Shown here: positions 30,320-43,329 of the stretch, one piece after another
How positions within the stretch are numbered: the first letter of the stretch is position 1
Layout: every line of letters begins with the position of its first letter
NCBI GenBank assembly: GCA_951406725.2
Contig: OX597825.1
Coordinates: forward strand, 22,382,001-22,446,000
From: Octopus vulgaris
Taxonomy: Eukaryota
Length of the DNA stretch: 64,000 bases
Direction of reading: 5' to 3'
Position numbers and translations under genes: made by a program
The notes under the pieces: generated by a model
The model's input: the letters and a program-made list of their open reading frames with translations, nothing else
Told to the model about the DNA's origin: nothing
Database searches by the model: none

Positions 30320-31095
30320 TCTCCACCGCTGATTTCATTATTTAGAGTCCAGTTAAGAATATTGAAGCTGTAACTTACAACTGGGACGGCGAAAGTGTTG
30401 AGAACTAACATCTTGTCTTTCGCATTGAGCGCCAGTTTACTGTATAACTCTTCTCTAGTATTCTTTTCTTATTTTCTCTTTCATTTGTGTGTGTTGTATT
30501 GTATCTTGTTCATTGATTTCTAAGTATTTGTAGGTCTGGCTTTGGTCTAATTCCCTTATTCCATTCGCATTATCTACTCTTAATTAGTTTTCCTGTTTTC
30601 AAATTTACTTTGGCACATTTTTCTAAGCCAAATTTCATGGTGATTTCTTTGTTAAATCCATCTACTATCTGTAGTAATATTTCTAGTTGTTTATCATTTG
30701 TAGTATACAGTTTTAGATCATCCATATATAAGAGGTGGCTGATTGTTTTGCCGTAACAGTTGTATAAACATCCAGTTCTGTTTAGCATGTTAGATAAAGG
30801 TGTCAATACCAAGCAGAAAATGAGTGGAGAGAATGTGTCTTCCTGGAAATTTCCTCTTCTAATTGGGATAGCTTTTGCTTTTGAGTCCTTCTATTTTCTG
30901 GAACTGTAGCACTGTCTGTGATTTATTCATGGAATGTGTTATATAATTTATGGTTATTGGTGCTATCTTGTTCATTCATTGCTACTGTTTCTAGGATCCA
31001 TGAGTGGGGAATACTATCAAAAGGTTTCCAGTAACCGATCCAGGCCATACTTAGAACCTTCTTTCTGCGAATTTCTTCAGTTAAGACTTTATTGA
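30320..31095 (-). pseudogene. R4/Dong-clade LINE reverse transcriptase fragment
   Basis: LSMAWIGYWKPFDSIPHSWI, RRGNFQEDTFSPLIFCLVLTPLS, ISHLLYMDDLKLY, MKFGLEKCAK, TYKYL, LNTFAVPVVSYSF. Confidence 0.88.
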
Positions 31096-31229
31096 TCAGT
31101 AGCTGATGTTTACAGCCGTATAAGCCCTTATTATTATTGTTGTTATTGTTGTTGTTGTTGTTGTTGTTATTATTATTGCTGTTGTTGTTGTTATTGCTGT
31201 TGTTGTTGTCATCGTCGGCGTCGTTATCA

Positions 31230-31411
31230 GAGGCAAAATCGTTAACCGGGTGAAATGCTTAGCGGCGTCCAATCCGTCTTCACGTTCTGAATTCAAGTTC
31301 CTCCTGAGGTCGGTAAAATAAGTACCAGTTGCATACTGATGTCGATGCAATCGACTTAACGCCCTCCATGTAATTGCTGGCTTTGTGTCAAAATTTGAAA
31401 TCATCATTACA

Positions 31412-31473
<62 letters not shown>

Positions 31474-31695
31474 TGGTAATGCAGTGAGCTGGCAAAATCG
31501 TTACGGTGCCGCCCAAATTGCTTAGCGGATTTTCGTCCGTCTTTGCATTCTGAGTTCAAATTCCGCCGAGGTCGGCCTTGTTTTCCATCCTTTCAACTTC
31601 GATAAAATAAAGTAACACTCAAGCACGGGGACCGACGTAATCGACTTATCCTCTCCCTCGAAATTACTGGCCCTGTGCTAAAGACTGGAACCATT
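31230..31695 (+). mobile_element. Two Meta-core SINE copies around (ATT)n
   Basis: ggcaaaatcgtta...ttctga(a/g)ttcaa...gaggtcgg motifs at about 31230-31405 and 31480-31695. Confidence 0.8.
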
Positions 31696-32887
31696 ATTGA
31701 TATTGATAATGTTATTGTTGTTACTGCTGTCATCATATTTTCAATGTCCTCATGCGACTTTTCACTGTAACACCAGTTGCAGCTTAGTACTGCTGAGTGA
31801 TACGCAACATTTCCTTTTGTGTCGTAAGCACTTGTCTTTCTATCTCACATTTGTATATTATTTGCATTGTCGTGCGGCATTAGTGTTTTTTTTTCTCTGT
31901 TGATTGCTTCTTTTGTTATTTCAGTATTTTATCGTGTGGAATATGTTCGAAGCTGAAACTGAAATTTCCTTGGTTTTCTCTGTCATATATATATATATAT
32001 ATATATATATCTTGCGTGTTAGTTGCGTTACGTGGTGACGATGTAGAATGTTTTCTGCGTGGGTTGTATTCTATTATTGGGTGGCTGCACTTCTGAAGAA
32101 CATAAGCCATTGGTTGTGTTGACTGTGCGAGCGGGTGGGGGGATGTTAGTGCTCCGGGTAGCGATAACGCAAGAATATGCGTGTTGTGTTATTCTATTGG
32201 ACTGTAATAAGTGCTGCGTAGGTTGTGCTATATTAATAGGTAATGATACTGAAGTGTATATCTTGCACGATTCGCGCGCAACATGCATTACGTAAGTTAT
32301 GTTATTGAATTGAAAGTATCTTGCGTAGGATGTAGGTTTTATCTCATAGTGCTTCTCTCTTTCTAGTTGTATGTCAATTTGTGTATATTGGTATACATTA
32401 TCTCCTAATATTTTTTTAATATTTTTTTCTTTACTTTATAATTTCACAGCTTCAGCATAAATGGTAGTTTTTTAAATGTTGAACTCCACACGATCCGTCT
32501 TATAATTCATGGCCATTGTTCTCTGATAAGTTCTCCGTCTACTCCCGGTAAATGTATTTTGGTCAGAAGAGAACGATATATCTCTCAGAGTACAAATATT
32601 TCCATTTCCTTACTTTATAATTATACATTACATCCTGTTGCTTTCAATGTTATCGATATCATTATCGGAAAGCGTCGGTTTCTCAGAATCATTCAGAAAT
32701 TGGAAACGATATCTTGCGAAATTTGTTTCTATTCTTTGCATTCTGACTTTAAACACCACAGAGGTCTATTTTAGATTCCATACTTCTGGGTTCCATAAAA
32801 TAATGTACCAGTCAAGTTCATTGGTTAATGGTATCGGCTGATGAATTTCGGTTAAATCAGGAGCGTTTTTTCTTCTTCCTTCTTCTT

Positions 32888-33043
<156 letters not shown>

Positions 33044-33169
33044 AATAATAATAATAATAATAATTATAATAAGTGCAGTTTCCAAGCGAATATAATACAA
33101 ATGAGTAACGAAGATATACAGGTGTTAATTCATTACGGCCGTTTCAAGCGACTCCGTTAATACTTGTAT

Positions 33170-33225
<56 letters not shown>

Positions 33226-33236
<11 letters not shown>

Positions 33237-33590
33237 GAAATATTGGTGGAACGATAGAGTGGTTGTATTAAGTCAACATAAACAGTCCCGTAAGAATTAC
33301 TCAAGCTAGGAACGAGATCATGAGCTGTGTCCTTATATTTGCAAAGGGGAGGCAAGCACCCCCACCAGCTAGAACTAGCAACCGAGACATGCATGTTTCT
33401 GGGTCTTGCCCGTCGTCAGTCAAATCCCTTAATATAGGACACAGCAAATGTGACACCAAGGAAGCGTCGATGCTTCTTGGGCTATATAGCTGGTGTAATT
33501 CCTTCACGGACTACGTTATGTTGATTTCAACCCTCTACGTCCACCGCTCGTCTCGTTGAGACTTTAGAAATTCAATATTTCTAATTATAT
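33226..33590 (-). mobile_element. Deletion-riddled inverted copy of the 33609-33951 hammerhead element, in (TA)n
   Basis: HHR rc at 33384-33424; ends tataattagaaatattg / caatatttctaattata are inverted; differences from the neighbour are mostly small deletions. Confidence 0.75.
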
Positions 33591-33608
33591 ATATATATAT
33601 ATATATAT

Positions 33609-33949
33609 AGTGGTTGTATAAAGTCAACATAACGTGACAGTCCCGTAGAAGGAATTACACCACCGCTATATAGCCCAAGGAAGCATCGACGCTTCCTGTC
33701 GGCTTTGTCACATTTGCTGTGTCCTTATATTTGCAAAGGGATTTGACTGACGACGGGCAAGACCCAGAAACATGCATGTCTCCAGGTTGCTAGTTCTAGC
33801 TGGTGGGGGTGCTTGTCTCCCCTTTGCAAATATAAGGACACAGCAAATGTGTCAAAGCCGACAGGAGGCGTCAATGCTTCCTAGGGCCATATACCGGTGG
33901 TGTAATTCCCTCTACTGGACTGTCACGTTATGTTGACATTATACAACTA

Positions 33950-33951
<2 letters not shown>
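33609..33951 (+). mobile_element. Fold-back element with about 130-bp inverted arms and a central hammerhead
   Basis: 33609-33740 is the reverse complement of 33820-33951; sequence downstream of the HHR is homologous to 49460-49610. Confidence 0.85.
33743..33785 (+). ncRNA. Minimal type-I hammerhead ribozyme motif
   Basis: ttga CTGACGA c GGG caaga CCC a GAAAC ATGCAT GTC tcca: intact CUGANGA, GAAA and GUC; palindromic stem III; short stem I. Confidence 0.7.
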
Positions 33952-34001
<50 letters not shown>

Positions 34002-34050
34002 GCATGTGCATATACACATATATATGTACGTGAATGTGAACTGTACGTGT

Positions 34051-34101
<51 letters not shown>

Positions 34102-35628
34102 TACGTACAGTTCAGGTTGCTCTAATAGATTCGCCTCACAAAATAACGCAGTTTCTATTTTTGTTACATACAAATCTCTTTTCGATTATGCCATGTGAGA
34201 AAAATATTGTATTTTCTCACCCTTAAGCATGCTTGTTCCACCCACCCAAATGAGAAATATTGACAACAGGATATAAAACGTAAACTATTGACATGCTAAA
34301 AACGATTGGCTTGTTTCCATAATGCCAAACTAAAACGTTTTGTTTCCTATAAGATATTTAAAAGTAAAAGTAGAAATATTTGGCCAGTGTCTATATTCAT
34401 AAAGTTATTGATGTGGGAGACAGAGGTAGGTTTGTAAGCAGCAGAATGTCCGTTCGGTTCTTGAATAACATTCTACCAGTTCTTGAATCTAAAGATATCG
34501 TGTTAAGTATATTGGTAATATATATGGATTCGAGTTCTTTCCCTACTGGCAACATGCCACTATATAGCTATTTTGTTAAATCGCCAGCATGAGTACCGTT
34601 GTTTTTTCCATTTATCTTTTCTTTTCCTTGTTTCGAAAAGTTATGTGTCCAAAAAATGTTTATGGAAATTTTGTAGCAGATCAGTTGCTGATACAGCCAA
34701 TGTGATGTATTTCCAGGGAAGGAATGCGAAGTTTGGGAAACGCTGAGTATGAAAGTTGGCTCGCTGACATAAAGAACTCATGATACTGGGTGCGAGAATC
34801 GCTCGACACAATCACTTAAAATACATTTCATCTTTGAAAAGTATTTTTTTCATAATTTCTGTTACTTTTCTTCTACTCTGCCCGTAACACCATACGGGGC
34901 CTCCGATACAAATGGGAGCGAAAAAGGCTATTAGTTAATTAGAGGTATGATCTCATAATCAATTTGAATTAGTAGAATTAATGTTGCTGCAAGAAAAGAA
35001 TTATTAATTAAAGCGATTGATAAAAAGAATCATCGATGGAAGTTAATTAAATAATAAATAACCAAACAAAACGAAAGTAATCTTAAACCCTCTCACACTA
35101 AATTCAGTTTTTAGAAATCTAGGAATAAAAATGAAAAAACACTTATACAAAACAAATAATATTGATAACATTATGAATTGCTTAATATTAACATCTCCCG
35201 TTATATAGCTAACGTTATAATCTCCAACAGTAAGAATTTTGCTAAAGATACCCAAGGAAACCAAGTGATGATATTAAGCTAGGAGACATATTAGTTCAGC
35301 TACTTAAGTAGGCTGTTGCGGAATTTGAAATTAGAAAGCCAAAAGCTGGTATAAAAGCTGCAATGCATCTAGTCTGACGAGGCTACATGACATTGTTTAG
35401 GGAGGACAATGTAAGCCTTTCACATTGCACTCGACCCATAACTGGAATTTGTAATCTCGCAAAATAGAATATGATACAATTTGGACACAAAAGGTACATG
35501 GATTTCTAGTATGACATATACATTTGTATAGAGAGTATAACATGTAATCATACTACGTTTCCGTATTCCACCAACATATTTCGTCATTCCCACACATACA
35601 CACATACAAGTGCTCAACTGGTATTTGT

Positions 35629-35881
35629 CTCATGCGCCCTTTTGAAGCCTAACCAGGCTCATGGGCCCGGTTTCCCAGTTTCTATGGTGTATGTATCTCC
35701 CCACCTGGACGGGACGCCAGTCCATCGCAGCGTTACTCATTTTTGCCTGCTGAGTAGACTGGAGCAACATGAAATGAAGTGTTTTGATCAAGAACACAAC
35801 GCATCGCCCGGTCCAGGAATCGAAGTCACAATCTTACGATCATGATGCTGACACCCTAACCACTAAGCCACGGGCCCCCAC
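35629..35881 (-). mobile_element. tRNA SINE with V-domain-like segment, 9-bp TSD, nested in a Meta-core SINE
   Basis: rc ctgcgatggactggcgtcccgtccagg; TSD ggtatttgt at 35620-35628 and 35882-35890; host SINE continues to about 36020. Confidence 0.8.
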
Positions 35882-36749
35882 GGTATTTGTTTTACCCATC
35901 CCAAAAGGATGGGAGGCAAAGACGATCTCTGTGGAATTTGAACTCAGAACGTAAAGCCGTACGAAATGCCGGTAATAATTTTGCCCGGCATGCTAACACT
36001 TCCGCTAACTCACCGCCTTACACACATACACACACATACACATGAAAAATGAACTATAATGGTCAAGGAGAATGATTTTACATCACATTACACGTCCTGT
36101 GAATATGAAACAGATTTTGCTCATCATTGTCTCCTTCTCGTCTCCCACCTCCGCCTCTTACTCTTGCTCCTTCTCCTTTTGATCATTACACCTTATCATA
36201 GTACATGCTTAAATATAAGTCTAACTGCTCTTCCTGGGAATTAGTTCTTCTCCTATCGTGTTGTCGTGTTCACTACATAAACAGAAAACCTTTAATTTGT
36301 GCCCATAACAGCAATCATTTGCTCTGTCTTTGTAGTTGTCGATATTTTAGTTGCTGTTGCTGCCTAGCCCTAGGTCAGTCGCGATTCAACACACCTATGA
36401 TAAGACCCGTTCTAGTGATGACAATTATGTGTTGTTTTCGGAAGTAGTGCGTCATTTCATCATTGACCTGTTGTTGCTGCTGCTGCTGCTGCTGTTGTTT
36501 TTAAATATTTAAGTAGCTGACAAAATGTTTTATGACACATAGTTATGTCCCTTAATATTATGTGTTGCTAGGAGGAATAGTGCACAAATGGTGCGGAATT
36601 TTTTAATTGATTAAATCCATCTCCCGAAATTTATGAAACATGTGAAAATCACGCATAGAAAAGCACAGAAACATACACACACACACTAGCACATACGGAA
36701 ACACACACACCGAAGACGCACAGAAAGGGACATCAGTATTATTGGGAAA

Positions 36750-37190
36750 GGCGGCGAGATGGAAGAATTACAACGATGGACAAAATACTTATCGACATTC
36801 CGTTCAGATTTCAAATTCCGCCGAGGTCGACTTTGCATGTCATCCTTTTTTGGGGTGGGGAAGGGTCAATAATAAAAAGCCCTAATTGAGCACTGGGGTC
36901 GATGTCATCAACTTACCCTTCTTCCGATTTTTCTGGACTCGTACCAAAATTTTAAAATAAACAATTATTGGGAATGGCTGTGAGCTAGCAGAGTCGTTCA
37001 TATGCCGAGCAAAAGGCTTGGCGGCGTTTCGTTCCTATTGACCTTCTGAGTTCAAATTTAGCAGAGATCGATTTATTTTGCCTTTCATTTTTTTAGGGAT
37101 AGATAAAATGAGAACCAGCACTAGGGTCGTTGAAGTCGACTTGCCTCTCCCTTAAATTTTGCTCGCCTTTTACCAAGATTTGTAACCAAC
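36750..37190 (+). mobile_element. Two tandem Meta-core SINE copies
   Basis: ttcaaattccgccgaggtcgactttgc...cactggggtcgatg and ttctgagttcaaattt...gcctttcatt...gataaaatgagaaccag. Confidence 0.75.
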
Positions 37191-38749
37191 AGTATTAGTA
37201 AATTCAGAAAATTTTAATGATAAAAAAAATATGTAGAAATATTGATTTGATCACTTGATTAGGATTCTTCGCAAACTGAGTTCAAATATAGCTAAGGTAG
37301 AATTAGCAGTTAGGCTTGCGGGGTTCATAAAGTAAAATACCGATCTTACTCCCCCATGAGTTTAATCAGGTGTATTCCTACTCCAAAATTATGATCTCAA
37401 TTTTCTTAGTTCAATTATTTTTGTATCGGTTAAAACGTGATTTTGTTAGAGAGAATAATCTATGTCTCTTCTCGAATAAAATTCCTTGAATGCCTTTTAT
37501 ACTTGTTCTTACTTTGTATCTAGGAATTTACGGATAATTGTAGCCAAGCCAAGTAAATGTATTTTGTTCACTGTAACCTTTTCTTTACTATGTTTTAGTT
37601 TTCCAAGATTTGCTCTCAGATGCTTCGTCAAAATTTCCAAGGACCTACTGATATTTGTTCTAGAATTTTAGAATTCATTCTTTAAATTGAACTTTAAAAG
37701 TTCTTTTCGATTCTATTCTTATATCGGTTTACAACGTCAATCTCATGAAACTTGTTTCCTATCAGCATTTGCAATATCCTGTTGGTTGTTCACTATTCTC
37801 CTGACGGTTGGCGTAGGAATGTCCTATCATAAGCTCAAGTCACGTTTTCCGAGAACTTTCCTTTTGTTCGAACAAAAATGTTGAAGCTTTTTTCTGTTTG
37901 TGGAGACTAAATATTTTGGAAATATTTGAGTAAATTATTTCAGCAATCTGATCATATCTGTAATTTTCAGATTGTCATCTTATTATAATTCTGCTTGCCA
38001 TTGCTTTACTTATCCCGTCCGTAATGCTTTCACGTGATGAGAGAAAAAGAGGGCGAAAGAAAAGGGGAGAGAGAAAGAGGGAAGAGAAAAAGAGGGAGGA
38101 GAAAAAGAGGGAGAGAGAAGCGTCCATTTTATGAGGTAGAGGGAATGTAATTGCAATGCTTTCACGTGATTAGTTGAAGTGAAAGAGAAGAGAAAGAAAA
38201 AGGAGAGAGAGAAAGAAGATAAGGTGAAGAGGGAGAAAGAAAAAAAGAGGGAGAGAGAAGAGTCTATCACGTGAGGTAGGGGGAAGGTAATATTTATTAC
38301 GTTGTTAAAGAAGTTAGTTGAAGGTAGACGAGGAGAGTTAAAAATATAATTTTAGCAGAGAGCTGATGTTCTGATGGTGAGTTGAACGGCAGAGGGGGAG
38401 AGAAAGGGGAGAGAGTGGAGGGAAAGAAAGGAAGTGAGATGATGATGATGATGGTGCTGGTGCTGGTGCTGCTGATTGGATAATGAAAAATGTATCTTTT
38501 AAAATTGAACTCTGTTTTTATATGACTTATCTCTTAACGCTTAAGTGCAATTCCGTGAAATTTTCACGCTTATTTACATGGCAGATATGTGCAATTTAAC
38601 TAAAGATTGTATCATATGTACGAGATATTTTTATTTTTGTTTATGTTAAAAATGGAAACATAAGAGTGAATATTCATTTTGTAATTGTTGTGCATTAAGC
38701 CTATAAAATCATGCATAAAGTATATAAAGTGTATACATAAAGTTCAGTA

Positions 38750-40600
38750 AGTAATCGTCGTATTCCAATTTCTTTCACTTTCTAATGAGCAGCAGACGAA
38801 CGAGTGACTATCTTCCCATACAGGCACAACACAGGCTACGCTTTCAGGATTTTGGGATAACGTTTTCAGAAATAACCCAATATGTTTACCGTTAATTGCG
38901 TGAAATATTCACGTGTCCCGCTAGTTTTAAGCATTGAGAGCCAATGGCATTTTCCCTTACATCAGACCGACTTCTGCATTGGGAGGGACACTGCTGCATA
39001 CCTAACATCCTCATTAACCAGACGTGTATTTCCTCTTATCATTTTTGGCTTTTTGGAAAACAATTCCTGTATGGAACTCTTTCCTTCAGAGTTCATCTTC
39101 TTTTCTCCCATATATTCTCATTCTTTGATCTTTATATGTACCAGAAACTCTAAATAACATTTTACTCATTGTCTCTTTAAAATGGGGCATTATTCTTTCT
39201 TCTAGATGCAATCCTAGACTTGTTTTCAGTTGATGGGGTTTTCAACACCTTTCGTTCCCCACCCGTTCCACCTGCTGTTTTCGAATATAAGCAATCCACA
39301 TTTTCTGTTTGATGATGTGGTGGTGCGTGCCTCTCTGCTTACACGTCTATCCATATCTTTCTGCTTATAGCCTGCATTCAAACCTGAAATTCAATAATTC
39401 CTGCTGCTCACCCTAATACTGATACTGCCCTGGAAATATTTGTTTTTATGGTGTTTCCTACGTGCAATTTTTATTTTAAAATCTCCACACTACGAAAATA
39501 TTTTGCACTGAAAAACTTTCTTCATTTCAATACATTTGGTTTTATCACTTCCCAGTATGCCAAAATACTTATATGGTTCTAGTACATTTAAGAATTTTAT
39601 ATTTTCACCGTGAAATACATCAATTCCAGGATATTTTATTACGTCTCCATGCTTCAGATCCATGATAGCTCAATTCTTGATTCTTAATGTCATCTCAATA
39701 TCACTATTATTATTTTTCTTTTTTTATTGCCTCTAAAGAATCCAGTTAATTCTTACCTATACCATAAAGCTTCGTATCATCCATAAACAGATGATTTACT
39801 TTTCCCCTATTCCTTAATGGTTAATATGCTTACTCAGCCCCTTTTTTTCTTCTCAAATTACTTCCCTAAAATACTTTGCTTTCTTCTGCAATCGAACTTA
39901 TCATCTCTCTCATTTCCCGCAGGAATATAAAATAAACGTTTCTGGTTTGATTGAAAAAGCTACCTTACTTATATATCTTGTTTATTTCTTCGTACTTTTC
40001 TAACTTAAGCGAGACTGGCATTTACTCCCTGTTTCAGCTCTTCAATCATTTTCCCAATTCCTGTATTTCTTAGGTGATACATTTCCTCTAATCCGCCGTT
40101 GTCTTCTTTCATTCACGTTTCCGACTTCCGCTGATCCAGCTCATTTATATATTTCTTAAGGCCACTAGCCTTCATAATCAACCGCCTTTTCCCCGAAGAT
40201 ACCTATTTATCTTTGATTTGCTTTTCCTCCATCGCCCCCTTAATACATCAGCAACTATTAACACCAACAATATCAATGTGTTGTTATTTGTAATGCATTC
40301 GTAGATTATCTCATCAATCACTGTTTACTTTTCAGGTTCTTTCTTTGACATTAAAGAAAAGATGAACTCTTCTTAAATGAAATGACTAGTGCCTTCAGCT
40401 ACTGCGTCAGATTTTTAGGAAATTTCCCCGATTATTATCAAAGCTGTCCATATCAAATACCCTTTTCCCCTTCGAGCTTCCGCTTACCCTTGCTTCAATT
40501 TCGAGAGTTGTTTTATCTTCGCCAATACAAAGGTAGTTGCATCCTCGTGATTTTCTTCAGAGATATCGCCCTGTAACTTTGATTTGTGAGTTCTGATTAC
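38750..40600 (-). pseudogene. Highly decayed R4/Dong-clade LINE
   Basis: Minus-strand MIEELKQ..FQSNQKRF, KVNHLFMDDTKLYG (about 39761-39803) and GNTIKTNISRAVSV..AAGII in expected order; many stops and deletions. Confidence 0.65.
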
Positions 40601-41109
40601 TCTTGGTTAATCAACCCTAATATTTCTTTAATTCCAAAAGTTGTAATTTGTTGTTCGCTGATATTAATATTCCAACTCATACCAAATGTTTTGCTTTCTT
40701 TTCCAAAATCTTTACTTCTTAAATATCTTTTTATTGTTTTCTCTCGAATTTCCATTTTCCACGACCTGACGTACAAGGTTGTGTCGCAGAACGCTTACTT
40801 AGCGAGAAGCATTTAGCATTGTTAGCGAGAAGCATTTAACCAAGCCTCTAGTACAATTCACGTCGTTCTTTAACTTTAAATATAACATAATAGACCTATA
40901 TAAAGATACTGACTAAATACAACTGATGCTTTTGTGGAAATCTCTTTCAAATTTGGCGATCATGCCTTAAAGAGGCAGTCCCACCTAAGAGGCAAATCTA
41001 ACTCTCCTTGACTGTAGGATATACTACTGAATATTTTTTGAGAAGCTGATCATCGTTTTCATTAAGACGTCTCTAGACTGTTTGTTGCCATGGCCTTAAA
41101 TAAGCTTCT

Positions 41110-41406
41110 GTGGAGGCACATGGCCTGGTGGTTAGAGCAAGTGGACTCGCGGTCGAGGGATCGCTGGTTCGAATCTCAGAGCGGGCGATGTGTGTGTTTA
41201 TGAGCAAAACACCTAAGCTCCATGTGGCTCCGGCAGAAGGTAATGGCGAACTTCTGCTGAATCTTTCGCCACAATTTACTCTCACTCTTTCCTCCTGCAT
41301 CTTGCAGCTCACCTGCGACGGACCGGCGTCCCGTCCAGGTGGGGAACCTATACGCCAAGGAAACTGGGAAAACCGGCCCTTATCAGCCAGGCATGGCTCG
41401 AGAAGG
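41110..41406 (+). mobile_element. tRNA SINE (OR-like head, V-domain-like segment) with 12-bp TSD
   Basis: tggcctggtgg A box, ggttcgaatc B box, cctgcgacggaccggcgtcccgtccagg; TSD aaataagcttct at 41098-41109 and 41407-41418. Confidence 0.9.
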
Positions 41407-43329
41407 AAATAAGCTTCTCTTATAGTCCATCAGATTTTGATGGACTTGAACAATAGATTTGGATGATTCAGACAGTTAATTTCATCAACTTTTTGATATG
41501 CTTTCTTTTCGCTATTCAAGTTGTCTAAACTGAGTCGGAAGTGATGTTACCATATATGACGGGTAGCCTATCAATGTTCATGTCATACAAGGTTACCTGG
41601 TTACAAACATCGGGTCTGTATTCCATTTGTCCTTCCTCGGTTATCTTGTTAAGCTCTGTCTCCAGCTCAAATAAGAACGTTGTCATGTGTGGTAATAGAA
41701 ATCGTTGGGGGCTTATATCATGACCAGATCGATGAACTCGTGTTTACTTAAAGTGGCTTTATCTGATTAAAGAAAAGCTCTTGCGAAAGTTGATAAAAAG
41801 CTCATTGCGCATGTAAGAATTAAGAATAAAAGCAGAAAGCTATGGATAATTTATTTACTGGTGGTGAAGTCTGATAGTGAGATAGAAACAAACAAACAAA
41901 AAATCAGAGAAAAGATAAACAAAACCTGCCTCACAAAGGAGAGTAATTGCTCATGGCTAGGCAATAAAACAGCGTTCTCTTCCTTATTATATAAACAGGT
42001 TCTCTAAAGTTAAATAATGGATTCTGAGAAAACAAAAGCAGGAAAAAAGAGAAAGGTTAAAAAGGCAACAAATATACCGAATTTATATATACATCTGTAA
42101 TTGTTTGTTTATAATTAAGAGAGAGGCATAGTTAGCGAGAAAGAGAAATAGACAGATAGAAAACAGAGAGTTAGAAAATGAGAAAGGAGAAGAGTGATAG
42201 AGGCAGGTGAGATGGAGAGTGACAAAGCTTAGTAATGGTTAATGGTTGGACAGGAGCGATGGAATTGTGTCTTGTTAATAGGCTTTTAAATTATCTCAGG
42301 CGGCATCATTTGATAAAAGAAATCTCGTTTAATTAACCAGAAAGCCATCGTTCTTGACTAGCCCTCGATCGCTACAACAAATAGACCCCTAATATCTCTC
42401 GTCCCTTCCCTCTCTCTTTCTCTCGCTCTTTCGCTGTTTCACACTTTCCAAGGAGCCTCTATAAAGAAGCCTAGAAAGGAGAGATGACATTGTTGCCTCG
42501 ACATCGCTGTTATTGCTGTGATTGGGCTCGTTGTGGTGCATGTGACAACCTGCTGTTCTCCTGGCTCACGCGCATTTGGGGTTGCTCGTGTTTATGTTGT
42601 CATTCTCGCGGCTTTTGATATTGATATTACGATAGTTTTGTTGTCATTAATCATTTGATATGATAATTGTTTTATTTTCGTTCTTATTTGTTTATTTATT
42701 TATTTATTTATCTATTTATTTATTTACTGCGTTTCTTAAGATGGAAAATTTGTAGCAGAAGGTTTTTCAAGAGTAGATTATTGGATTATTGGCGATACAC
42801 GAGAATATCATGATTGAAATGTATCCGATGATAATAATGATGATGATGCTGATGATGATGAGGAGGAGGAGGAGGAGGAGGAGGAACTGGAGGAGGAATA
42901 TGAAGATGATGGGGGAAGATGCTATTGATGGTAGTTCTACACAAATACCACGACCAACATGCTTATGAGGAGGACGAGAAGGAAGAAGAGGAAGAGAGGC
43001 GAATGATAATAACGGTAATCTTTATTAAGATGATGACGATGATGATTATGGTGATGGTGGAAGAGGATGGTGTTTGAAGCAATAGTTATCAGTAGTGGAT
43101 CACGACGAGCGAAGACAATGACAATGGCGACGACGATGACGGTCGCCATCACCTTCAGAATGAAGCTGCTAATTATGGCCTTGATTATCACCATAATGAT
43201 CATCATGGCAACAATGGCGACACGGGAGGGAGAGCGAAGAAGAAGGAGGTGATGAGGATGATAGGATTTTCAAGCGATTGTTTCGCTTGTGCTGTTATTG
43301 TTGATACTCTTGTTGTTCTTGGTAGTGAT

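Noticed and set aside
32300-32820. Third PLE endonuclease on the minus strand
   Set aside because: Only faint motif resemblance with many stops; cannot be supported without a profile search.
35370-35430. Hammerhead at ctgacga-ggct...agcc
   Set aside because: Stem II is followed by tttcac rather than GAAA, with no stem III or cleavage triplet.
40830-41780. Coding-like sequence flanking the 41110 SINE
   Set aside because: Multiple stops and no family motif I recognise; probably an unidentified transposon relic.
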